Positions 21,216-30,849 of a stretch of DNA of 64,000 nucleotides are shown in pieces. The notes below the pieces were generated by a model. The model was not told where the DNA came from. It saw only the letters and a list, made by a program, of their open reading frames with translations, and searched no databases. The stretch spans positions 1 to 64,000 of the forward strand of contig CAVYBU010000025.1 in assembly GCA_963766735.1 (NCBI GenBank), written 5' to 3'. Position 1 is the first letter of the stretch. Each line of letters starts with the position of its first letter. A program made the position numbers and the translations under genes. The DNA comes from an uncultured Chloroflexia bacterium (GTDB taxonomy: Bacteria > Chloroflexota > Limnocylindria > Limnocylindrales > CSP1-4).

Positions 21216-22596
21216 TCAACCCCGAAGCGTGAGCAACTGGTCGACCAGGTACCCTGCTCCCACGATCCAGGAAGTAGTTGGAGGCGAACCAGGCGCGTGC
21301 CTCCGTCGCCAGCTGCCCTGCCGGCGCCAGGTCCTCCGGCTTCAGGCCATCGATCTGCTCGGGTCGGATCCGCAGCAGCGGCGAGCCGATGAACTCGTCG
21401 GCCGGTGCATCGGGCGGATCGATGTGCACCACGACCGTCGGCGTGCCGGCCAGGATGGCCTGGTAGAGCAGGGTGCTGTGGGCGGACACCACCAATGACG
21501 CCTTCGCGATCAGCTCGAGGTTGCGGCGCAGATCGGTCACCAGGACGATCGCCCCATTCGCCGCCGATCCCGCTGCGGGCCCTAGTTCGGCGGCATGGGC
21601 GGGGTGGGCGCGGTAGACCACGGGCAGCCCCGGGACCGCGGCAACCCGCTCCAAGTTGGCGCAGACCTGCCGATAGGCAGCCTCGGACTCGTTCCACTGG
21701 CGGGCCGTGCCAAGGAGCAGGACGAACGGCTCCGGGAGAGCGAGCGGCTCCAGCGGATACTCCTCGGGCAGGCTCAGCAGGCAGCCGTCCACCAGGCGCG
21801 GGCCATGGCCGCGGAACAGGCGGCCGTAGATCTCCCGTTCCCAGGTGCTCTTGCAGAAGAGGAGGTCTGCATTGATCGTCAGGTGCTCCTCGATGTCGAT
21901 GGTCGTCTGCGTCCGCGTGGCCCCGGTCGCCACGCCTCGGGCTTTCATGACGTCCACGATGGCGACCGATGTGTCCGACCACGGGGCGAGCGAGAGCACG
22001 GCCTTGGGACGCCCATAGACGCGGTCGATCCGCCGGGCGACGGCCAGGTCCAGGTAGTACTGGCGGATCCCAGGAATTGCCGCGACCGACAGGCTGCGGG
22101 CCTTGCGGTCGCGCACCAGCCACCACCGGCCCGGGCGCAGCGCCTCGCGGAGCCAGAGGGCCAGGACTCGCGCGTGGTCGCCGGCGGTCAGCATGTCCGT
22201 CAGCGAGGCCGGCCCGGGTGCATCAGACTGGACCTCCCGGCTGTCCGACAGCACGCGGATCATCGGCAGGCCGCGCGCCGCGCAGGCCTCGGTCACCTCG
22301 CGCGTCTCCCGCGCGTACTTCTCGTTCCCGGGCGTGATCAGCAGCAGGTATGGCCGCAGGCGCCCGGGCCGCGGCCGCGAGCGGCGACGCTGCGCGCGCA
22401 CGGCGCCCTGGAGCTGGCGCACCACGCCCGCGGCGATGGCGCGCAGGCCATGCCGGAGGTCCTCGCCAAGTCCCGGCTGGAGGAGATCGCGGTAGATCTG
22501 GGATCCCGAGCCGGCGTGCGCCGTCAAGAAGTGGGCGGCGTCAAAGCGGATGATCTCCCAGTAGGGAGGCAGCCAGGGCTGGCTGGATCGCCTCAT
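21216..22596 (-). CDS. Hypothetical GT-B-like protein, candidate nonulosonate transferase; apparent fusion to the GT4 gene is due to a frameshift near 21255
   Basis: VVYRAHP and VVSAHSTLLYQA motifs; alternative-frame C-terminus YLVDQLLTLRG ends at 21216. Confidence 0.55.
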
Positions 22597-22889
22597 GTCC
22601 CGACTCCATCACGCTGATCGGACCGTCCGCATGCCCCCCGGCGCGGCGCCGGGCCGCGCACCGGTTGCCGCAGCGGGGATGCGCCAGGGGGGGGATCAGC
22701 GTGGCGGATCGGGCCGGGGAGGAACGGCGATCCCTCGCAGGCACCAGATGTCGGGAGCATTCGGAGGCTGTTCAACCTGGCCGACCTTCCGGGTTCGCCG
22801 CAGTGGGGTAGTCGACGGCAGAAGTCCTGCTCATCAACGAGGGGCTCGAACCGCGACGGTAGTCAGCTGGGTTCTCCGGGACTGGGGAG

Positions 22890-22954
22890 ACAGGCCGGCG
22901 GCCGGACCGCCCAGCGGCGGTCAGTTCGATCGAGAACGGGCTCTGACGCGGCAT
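22890..22954 (-). mobile_element. IS630-like transposase N-terminal remnant
   Basis: RBS followed by MPRQSPFSIELT, resembling IS630 HTH starts; degenerates immediately afterwards. Confidence 0.35.
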
Positions 22955-23453
22955 CCTCGCCTCCCCTCAATGGGCGTGAAGAATAGCCCACCGGACGTCG
23001 GAATGGGACGTTGTGCTGCCGTAGTTGAGCACCGGTCGCCCATCGGCTGGCCTCGGAAGTGGTGCCATCGGGTCCCGGGACGGACCACTTCAGTGGAAGG
23101 ATCGGACGTCGTTGACCGAGGGGCGAGACGGCGACGGCGATCGGCGACGGTGTACTTTCGCCGCGCTCTTCGCCAGGGCGGGAGCGCCATGCGACTCCGA
23201 GCCCTGGTGGGCCTCGCGTCCCGTTACCTCGGCACCTGACTTGGGCGTGGTCGCAGGCACGTACCGACGCTTCCGGACTCACCGGGAATCGAGTGAATTG
23301 GCGGCGGTGCGACATTCCGACGCGACGGAGGAACGGGACCCGCGACCAGATCGCTGATCGTCTCCTTTCGTGGAGGCCACCATCGCCAACGGTACAATGC
23401 AGCCCGCGATTGGCCCGCATGCCTGGTTTCGATGGTCTCAGTCGGAGGTTGTG

Positions 23454-24776
23454 TTGAAGGTCCTCTTCATCAACGACTCGACCAGCAACTCGAACTGGGG
23501 TGATCGCGCAGCAGCCTTCTCGCTCAAGGCGATGGTTGCAGAAGCGGGCGCCAGCATCAGCGGAATCATCACCGAGGAAGACCTTGCCCGGACGCAGTTC
23601 GGGGGACCTCCGAAGGATCACCACTCCTCCGTGGATGGGCGGCGAGCGATCCTGCGATCGATGATTCCGCCGGTCATTCTCGTCGCGCGCCGCCGCGTCT
23701 TCAAGGGCGTGGATCTGACCGCGGACAACAGGGTCATTCCGGAGCGCTGGGAGGGCTTTGGCCGCGCTGCCGACCTGGTCATCGCGGCGCCCGACGGGCC
23801 CTGGCCGTGGCTCCGCGCGGCGATCCGGGAGGCGCACCTGGTGGTCATCCACGGCGATGGCGCCATGGTGGGCGAGGGGATCATTCCGCGGACCGACCTC
23901 TTCCTGGCCTACCTGGCGCACGAGCGCCTGGACACGCCCGTCGTCCTCGTCAATCACAGCGCCGACTTCGACCGGCCGGAGCTGCGGCGGATGGCCGAGC
24001 ACGTCTATCCGCTCCTTGCCGATGTTGTCTTCCGCGACCCGGTCTCGGCCGCCCGGTGGGGGCACCTGGGAGGTGGACGCTTCGCAGCCGACAGCGCGTT
24101 CTGGTTCACGCCCGCCGGGCGAGACGCGTGGGTGCCCCTTGCCGGACGCCCCACCTACTTCGACGTCTGGCCGGACACGGCGCCGTTCGACCCGGCGGCC
24201 CCCTATCTCTGCCTGGGCGGTTCCTCGCTCCACAGCACCGCCTGGCGCCCGCTGGAGCTTGCCCGCTCCTACGCGGCCCTGGTCGCCCGCCTGCGCACCG
24301 TCTACGGGGGCCAGATCCTGCTGACCCTCTCCGGCCTCCAGGAGCTGGAGGCCTTTCGGCCGCTGGCCCGCGAGCTCGGCCTGCCGCTGATCGCGCCCAC
24401 GATCCCCGTCCAGCAGGCGGTGGACATCCTGGGCAATGCCGATGCCTACGTCGGTGGGCGCTGGCACAGCGCGATCTTCGCCCTGCGGGGCGGTGCGCCG
24501 GTGGTCCCGCTCTCCGCCAAGCAGGGCAAGATGGGGTCGTTGATGCAGGCCGCGGATCTGCCGGCGGCCGAGTTCGATGCGTTCGCGGTGGGCCGTGACG
24601 GCGAGGCCATCGCCCGGGCGCTGCGCTCGCTGCTCGATGCCGGCGACGCGTTGCGCGGCCGCCTGCGAACGTGGGCCGACGGGATGGCTGCCAACTGCTG
24701 GGAGAATGTCGCGTACGTCCGCCGCATGGCGGCAGAGGATGTCGCGCCGCGGGAGGTCGAGCCGGCCGGCTCCTGA
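23454..24776 (+). CDS. Polysaccharide pyruvyl transferase family protein
   Basis: NWGDRAA, VIHGDG, VFRDPVS, ADSAF, VGGRWHSAIFAL; TACAAT at 23393 and RBS GGAGG. Confidence 0.78.
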   Translation: MKVLFINDSTSNSNWGDRAAAFSLKAMVAEAGASISGIITEEDLARTQFGGPPKDHHSSVDGRRAILRSMIPPVILVARRRVFKGVDLTADNRVIPERWEGFGRAADLVIAAPDGPWPWLRAAIREAHLVVIHGDGAMVGEGIIPRTDLFLAYLAHERLDTPVVLVNHSADFDRPELRRMAEHVYPLLADVVFRDPVSAARWGHLGGGRFAADSAFWFTPAGRDAWVPLAGRPTYFDVWPDTAPFDPAAPYLCLGGSSLHSTAWRPLELARSYAALVARLRTVYGGQILLTLSGLQELEAFRPLARELGLPLIAPTIPVQQAVDILGNADAYVGGRWHSAIFALRGGAPVVPLSAKQGKMGSLMQAADLPAAEFDAFAVGRDGEAIARALRSLLDAGDALRGRLRTWADGMAANCWENVAYVRRMAAEDVAPREVEPAGS

Positions 24777-24902
24777 GGACGACACGGCTACCCGCTCGGT
24801 CCATTGCGAGGAGACGAACCGGCATGGTCCGGTGGGTCGAACGACGTGGTGCCGAGGGCGCACGCAGCCCAATTCCGGCGACTCGCGAAGGTCGATCGCG
24901 GA

Positions 24903-25922
24903 TCAACCGCTCGGCGGCTTCCTTTCAAATGCCAGCTGCGAGGCATGCCAGCGGTAGGCCGTCCCGATCATGTCGGTCAGCCCGTACCGCGGGCGCCAGC
25001 CCAGGACCTCACTGGCGAGGGTGGCATCCGCCCAGACCGCGGCCGGATCACCCGGGCGGCGGTCGGCATGGATGACGGGGACCTCGTGGCCGACCAAGCG
25101 CTCGGTCTCGGCGATGACCTCGGCCACGGAGGCACCGCGCCCCGTGCCGAGGTTGAGCGTGACAGTTTCGCCTCCGTCTTCGAGGTATGCGAGCGCGGCC
25201 AGGTGGGCATCGACGAGGTCCAGGACGTGGGTGTAGTCACGAACCGGCGTGCCGTCCGGGGTCGGGTAGTCGGTGCCGAAGATCTCCACCACATTCCGCA
25301 TGCCGAGTGCTGCCTGCATCACGATGGGCATCAGGTTCTGCGCGTCCGTCCAATCCTCGCCGACAGCGGCGTCGAGCGACGCACCGGCAGCGTTGAAGTA
25401 CCGCAGGGCCACGCTCCGGATTCCGGTCGCGCCATCCATCCACGGGAGCACCCGCTCAGCGAGGCGCTTGGACTCGCCGTAGGGATTGAGCGGCCCGAGC
25501 GGCGCCATCTCGCGAATTGGCGGGCTGGTGGCGTTGCCATACACGGCAGCGGTTGACGCGAACACGAATCGCCGTACCCCGGTGGCGTGCATTGCCTCGA
25601 GGAGATTGATCGTGCCCGCCACGTTGGTGTCGAAGTACCTGCCGGGTTCCCGGATCGACTGCGCGACGGACTTGAGAGCGGCTAGATGGAGGACACCGTC
25701 GAAGCCCCGCGCCAGGAGGTCGCGCACCAGCCCGCGGTGCCGCACGTCGCCCCGGACGAACTCGGCGCAGGCCCGCACCGCGGGGGGCGGGACGGCGATG
25801 TCCAGGACGCAGACCCGCGTTCCCGACGCGGCGAGCTGGCGGACGACGTGCGACCCGATGTATCCAGAACCGCCGGTCACCAGGATCGAGCGCCCCCGGC
25901 GAACGGTGCGGGACGGGGTCAT
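24903..25922 (-). CDS. galE: UDP-glucose 4-epimerase
   Basis: TGGSGYIGSH, YGESK, LRYFNAAGA, FGTDYPTPDGTPVRDYTHV, RRPGDPA. Confidence 0.92.
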   Translation of the reverse strand: MTPSRTVRRGRSILVTGGSGYIGSHVVRQLAASGTRVCVLDIAVPPPAVRACAEFVRGDVRHRGLVRDLLARGFDGVLHLAALKSVAQSIREPGRYFDTNVAGTINLLEAMHATGVRRFVFASTAAVYGNATSPPIREMAPLGPLNPYGESKRLAERVLPWMDGATGIRSVALRYFNAAGASLDAAVGEDWTDAQNLMPIVMQAALGMRNVVEIFGTDYPTPDGTPVRDYTHVLDLVDAHLAALAYLEDGGETVTLNLGTGRGASVAEVIAETERLVGHEVPVIHADRRPGDPAAVWADATLASEVLGWRPRYGLTDMIGTAYRWHASQLAFERKPPSG

Positions 25923-26265
25923 GGGAAGGTCCTCGCGCCGTGGGCCGAGGGGATGACGCCCGTGGCGAGAGCCTCGGTGATGCGTGGGTCGGCCCCCGCG
26001 GGAGCCAGGGCGAGGTCTCGCACACGCTGGCGGGCGCCCCGTCGGACCTGGGCGCGGTTCCAGATGCTCGTTCGCGGGCCGACGGAGACGTCCTCCTCCA
26101 GGTCGGCGGTGGGGTGGACTCGCGCCGAGGGGTCGATCACGTGACGTCGGCACTCCCATGCTGCGACGCTAGGCCGGACGCGGGCCTGCGCCTTCACCAT
26201 AGCAGGGGCCCACTCCGCTCCGGCCCTCGGCAGACCCTCGAGCCGGTGCCGTCGCGCACCACGTG
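25919..26265 (-). pseudogene. Duplicated upstream region plus 5' fragment of the wbpD-like gene, fused to unrelated sequence and ATGA-coupled to galE
   Basis: 26035-26265 is visibly homologous to 9745-9975 (IDPSARVHPTADLEEDVSVGPRTSIW). Confidence 0.8.
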
Positions 26266-26344
26266 AAGACCAAGGAAGGGATCGGAAGCATCCCTTCTTC
26301 TGTGCGGGGTCAGACCGGCGAGGGCACGGCCTGAGGAGGGCGGC

Positions 26345-26560
26345 GAAGCGCCCGGCCCAGTAGCGTCCCAGATGCGGTTGACCCGAAGCAGGCGCAGTCG
26401 GACCAGCGCCGAAACGCCGCGCCGGAACCAGCTTGCGCATTCCGCGGGCCCTGAACCGGCGGGCGACGACGATGTCGACCGGCTTCTACATCGGCCCAGA
26501 GGAGGCGAGCCGCACGATCGCGCAGGTCTCGATCCTCTGCCGGTTGTTCGCCACCGGGAC
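26345..26560 (-). mobile_element. Transposase C-terminal remnant (ISLre2/ISKra4/UPF0236-like)
   Basis: SSGPM*KPVDIVVARRFRARGM...WFRRGVSALVRLRLLRVNRIWD with a stop and frameshifts. Confidence 0.5.
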
Positions 26561-26749
26561 CTCATGCTGGGGCTTGCGGTACACCCCCTGACCGCTCCGT
26601 CACGACACGATCTCCGCACCTGAGGCATAGTCCGTTTGGCACCGGCATCGGTACGGAGTGCCGGGCAGGCGAGTCGTCCTGGATCCCATAACCTGCAGCT
26701 GAGCGTCATCGCCCGGGGCGGGTGAGCGCGTATCCGCGGGGTTGGGGGT

Positions 26750-26828
26750 CCCTCGAAATGGCACACCCGTCGCGAGGCGGGGTCGCAAAGCCACGGGACT
26801 CGTGCAATCAGAGGGGTTGCCAACAGGA
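26750..26828 (+). ncRNA. c-di-GMP-I (GEMM) riboswitch, copy 1 (P3 partly degenerate)
   Basis: GAAATGGCACACCCGTC-GCGA-GGCGGGGTCGCAAAGCCACGG...GGGTTGCC; GNRA tetraloop and CGCAAAGCC core; SD and ATG at 26840 follow. Confidence 0.8.
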
Positions 26829-26839
26829 GCGCCACCCCC

Positions 26840-27838
26840 ATGGCCTGGAATAGAAGCCGCCTGCTTCCCGCTGACCACCCGCCGCTCGCCGGGCACCGAC
26901 CGTCATCGAGCCGCCGTGTCCCAGCGGGAGCTTTGACCAGTGTCGTGATGCTCGCTCTCGTGATACTCGCAGTGCCGGCACGCTCGCCCGACCCCGGCGC
27001 CCACGCTCGCCCCCACCCCGGCGGGCTCATCGGTCCGCGTGTCCTCCATCCCGGCGCTCCTCACGGCGCTGGCCGACAACGCGGTCACCGACATCGTTGT
27101 CGCGAACGGCACGTACCGCGTGAGCCCGGCCAGCGCCCAGCGATCGGACTCGCTCTGGATCGGGTCACGGTTCGCGGGCCGGACGCGGGCCGTCACCGTC
27201 CGCGCGGAGACCAGCGGCGGCGTGACGTTCGACGGCGGGGGCACCACCTACTTCGGCGGCCTCACGTTCGTCGACGGCGCCCACGACCAGACCTGGGACG
27301 GCTTCAACTTCGCCAACGGCCAGGCGACCGAGACCGGCGTCGTGGTGTTCGGCGGGTACGCCGGCCGGGCGGCGCCGCACCACATCACGCTGCGGAACAT
27401 CAAGGTCCTGGCCAGCTGCACCGGCCACAACGACCGGAACGACCACGCCGTCTACTTCTCCTATGCCGTCGGCGGACCGCATGACATCCTCATCGACGGC
27501 CTGACCGTGGACGGCACGGGGCCGTCACCGCTCTCGTCCGCCCTCCACTTCTACCACTCGGACAGCACGAACCAAAACGCCTGGAACACCACGATCCGGC
27601 GCCTCGTCGTCAACGGGACGTACACGGCGATCTTCATGTGGGACTCGACGCTCCACGACATCACGATCGACGGCGCCACGATCACCAACGCCCGCTACGG
27701 CGCGGTGCGGTACGAGCAGCCGGGCCAGCGGATCGTCCTCGCCAACATGACCTCGACGGGTTCGGGGACGTTCGGCTTCTACAGCTCGCGGGCAGCCCAC
27801 CTCCCGGCGTCACGTTCGTCAACAGTTCGTTCCGCTGA
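26840..27838 (+). CDS. Membrane-anchored/secreted putative right-handed beta-helix protein, paralog A; frameshifts near 26985 and 27790
   Basis: N-terminal hydrophobic segment, short PT linker, beta-helix-like turns (TFDGGG, HHITLRNI, HDILIDGL, DITIDGATITN). Confidence 0.6.
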
Positions 27839-28221
27839 CGGTCACAGGTCGCGGATCCGGCTGCGCTTCGTACCGTTGATGCCACGTCGCACAATCGTTC
27901 GCCGGTGTGACAGTCGTGCACGTTCCCACGGAGAGTGCGCGATCGATCGCCGGGCGATAGCCCTCACGTCCTGTCGATGAAGTCCGCGTTGGTTGCCGGA
28001 GGATCGCGCAAGCACGGACTCGACAGCCGGCCTGGAGGTACGCCGCTGCGTTGAAGACCGGGACGCCTACGGTCAGATGGCGCCGAGTCGTGGTGACCTC
28101 CGGTGCGTTGAGGAGCGGTCACCGTGACCCAAGCGCCCTCGGCCCGGGACCATCGCCTCATTGGCCCAGCCCTGGTGTCCCCGATACTGCGATGCGGAGG
28201 CCGCGATCGGTCGATCGCCGC

Positions 28222-28305
28222 ACCCACGAAATGGCACACCCGTCGCGAGGCGGGGCCGCAAAGCCACGGGACTCCCTGAGTCAGCCGGGTTGCCGAATGA
28301 AGGTG
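28222..28305 (+). ncRNA. c-di-GMP-I (GEMM) riboswitch, copy 2 (intact)
   Basis: CGAAATGGCACACCCGTC-GCGA-GGCGGGGCCGCAAAGCCACGGGACTC-CCT-GAGTCAGCCGGGTTGCCGAA; SD GAAGG and ATG at 28313 follow immediately. Confidence 0.9.
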
Positions 28306-28312
28306 TACGACC

Positions 28313-30047
28313 ATGTTCTGGGACGGAGAACGCTGGCTGCCCGATGGCGGGCACCCGCAGGCACAGACTGGCAAGCGATCCGACAAGCGCGTCCGCAGCC
28401 GGCTCTCCGTCGCCGTCATGGCCTTCGCGCTCGTTGGCCTCCTCCTGCCCGTCGTCGGGCGTCGCGGGTGTCGCGGACGTCGAGGCGTCCACGCAATCGG
28501 CCCGGACGCTTCTCTCCACGTGGTCGGCGGGATCCAAGGTGGCCGTGTACCAGGAGAGGAACAGCAAGATCAGCTACCGGGGCCGCTGGAGGACCGCCTA
28601 CCACTCGAGCTATCTGGGCGGCAAGGTCCGGGCAGCGAACGCCAGCAAGGCCAAGGCTTCGCTGAAGTTCACCGGTGCGGCGGTGTCATGGGTTGGGCCG
28701 ATCGGACCAACCCGCGGCAAGGCCAAGGTCTACATCGACGGCAAGCTCGTCAAGACCGTGAACACCTGGGCTCGTTCCTTCCGACCGACCCGCGTGCTGT
28801 TCCAGAAGTCGTGGAACGCCGTCGGGACCCACAGGATCACCATCGTGACGCTGGGTACCAGGAGGCATCCGACCGTCGCCATCGACGCGTTCCTCGTCCG
28901 CCTCGACACTGGCAATACGAGCGCGTCCGCGGATGCCGCCGGCGCCAAGGCCGGGAAGGTCAACCCCGACGCCCAAGCCGAAGGTCGCCCCGACGCCCGC
29001 GGCAGCGCCGGCGCTCGCCGCCGACGCCGGCGCCCACGCTCGCGCCCGACCCCGGCGCCCACGCTCGCCCCGACCCCGGCGCCCGACGCTCGCGCCCGAC
29101 CCCGGCGCCCGACGCTCGCCCCGACCCCGGCGCCCACGCTCGCCCCGACCCCGACGCCCACGCCGCGCCGACCCCGGCGCCCACGCTCGCCCCGACCCCG
29201 GCGCCCGACGCGTCGCCCCGACCCCGGCGAGCTCGTCGGTCCGCGTGACCTCCATCCCGGCGCTGCTCACGGCCCTGGCCGACAACGCGGTCACCGACAT
29301 CGTCGTCGCCAACGGCACGTACCGGGTGAGCCCGGCCAGCAGCCAGCGGTCGGACTCGCTCTGGATCGGCGCCCGGTTCGCGGGCCGGACCCGCGCCGGT
29401 CACGGTCCGCGCGGAGACCCGCGGCGGCGTGACGTTCGACGGCGGCGGCGCGACCTCCTTCGGCGGCCTCACGTTCGTCGACGGCGCCCACGACCAGACC
29501 TGGGACGGCTTCGTGTTCGCCAACGGCCAGGCCGACCGAGACCGGCGTCATCGTGTTCGGCGGGTACGCCGGGCCGGGCGGCGCCGCACCACATCACGCT
29601 CCGCAACATCAAGGTCCTGGCCGAGCTGCACCGGCCAGCAACGACCGGAACGACCACGCCATCTACTTCTCGTATGCCGTCGGCGGTCCGCATGACATCC
29701 TCATCGACGGACCTCACGGTGGACGGCGGGGCCGGCGCTCTCGTCTGCCCTCCACTTCTACCACTCGGACAGCACCAACAAGAACGCCTGGAACATCACG
29801 ATCCGACGTCTCGTCGTCAACGGGACCGTAGCACGGCGATCTTGATGTGGGACTCGACGCTCCGCAACATCACGATCGACGGGGCCACGATCACCAACGC
29901 ACCGCTACGGCGTCCGCGTACGAGCAGCCGGGCCAGCGGATCACCTTCGCCAACATCGACCTCGACCGGTTCGGCGGACGCGGCTTCTACAGCTCGCGGG
30001 GAACCAATCCACCCGGTGTCACGTTCATCAACAATTCGTTCCGCTGA
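28313..30047 (+). CDS. Paralog B: TM/signal segment, basic beta-sandwich (CBM-like) domain, Pro/Thr linker, beta-helix domain; multiple frameshifts
   Basis: MFWDGERWLP...TM; ISYRGRW...FTGAAVSWVG...GKAKVYIDGK...AIDAFLV; 29240-30047 closely repeats 27030-27838. Confidence 0.6.
28975..29232 (+). repeat. Imperfect 24-bp tandem repeat (CCCCGGCGCCCACGCTCGCCCCGA) encoding a PAPTLAPT linker
   Basis: Roughly 8-10 units visible; about two units are also present at 26980-27022. Confidence 0.85.
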
Positions 30048-30619
30048 GGCCCGGGACCCATGGACATCGTGCGTCAGCCTAGTTGGCGACCCAGGACCGG
30101 AAGAAGGCGGTCGAGCACCACCAGCTCGATGATCCTGCCGTTGGACGCGGCGCTCGACCGACGACTCTGCAGTCAGTAGTCTGCATGCCCGGCGCGTCGA
30201 AGCCGGCGATCCAGTCGATGGCATCGTGCTGAGCCCATGGGGTCGGGACCGCAGGCTATCGGTTCCCCGCCCGAACTCGCTGGGCGAGCTCACGTGGGTG
30301 CAGGGACATGCTGCGGCGCTCGCCCGGGTCAGCATGCCGATTGACCGCCAGACTTCCAGTATCCTGCAGTCGCCGGAACGAGCGAACTGGGCCTTTGCGC
30401 CCTTCCGCACGCTTGGAGCCACGTTACCCATGGCGAACCGAAATCGGCAGCATCGACTCGGCGTTGGTTGCGATTGCGGGTCGCTGGACCGAGCGGTTGG
30501 AGCCTCCATCGCCTGGATCATCGCCGCGGGTCGGATGGTTCTGACCGCTTCCCCCGATCGGGGACCGATGTCGTGGAACCCGGGTTACTTCCAGTGCCTA
30601 CCCGTGTGTGCGTGGAGGC

Positions 30620-30849
30620 CGTCGTGCTCGCTCCCAGGGCTCACCGATCTGGACTCGCAAGTCATCGCCGGCCCGGACGTGGCGGTGGGCCGCGCGATTG
30701 AGTGCCTGGTGACGATGCCGCCGGTCACCCGAATTGCCGATCCGGAGGGGACCTTCGATCGGGTCGCGCTGGCTCGCCGCATTGCGGACACCCTCCATGA
30801 GGCCACAACGGCCGCACATCGCGTCCGCGCGTCGGGTGGATCGGGGTGA
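30620..30849 (+). pseudogene. Possible glycosyltransferase C-terminal remnant
   Basis: FDRVALARRIADTLHEA resembles a GT-B terminal helix; GTGA overlap with wzy. Confidence 0.3.

Noticed and set aside
20002-22596. 864-aa apparent fusion of a hypothetical protein and a GT4
   Set aside because: A natural stop exists in another frame at 21216 and the GT4 has its own ATG at 21207; a frameshift artefact is more likely.
22990-23300. Possible additional IS end or IstB-like remnant
   Set aside because: Similarity too weak to support by eye.
28975-29232. Repeat array considered as a CRISPR
   Set aside because: No unique spacers; the units are contiguous, encode a Pro/Thr linker, and no cas genes are present.
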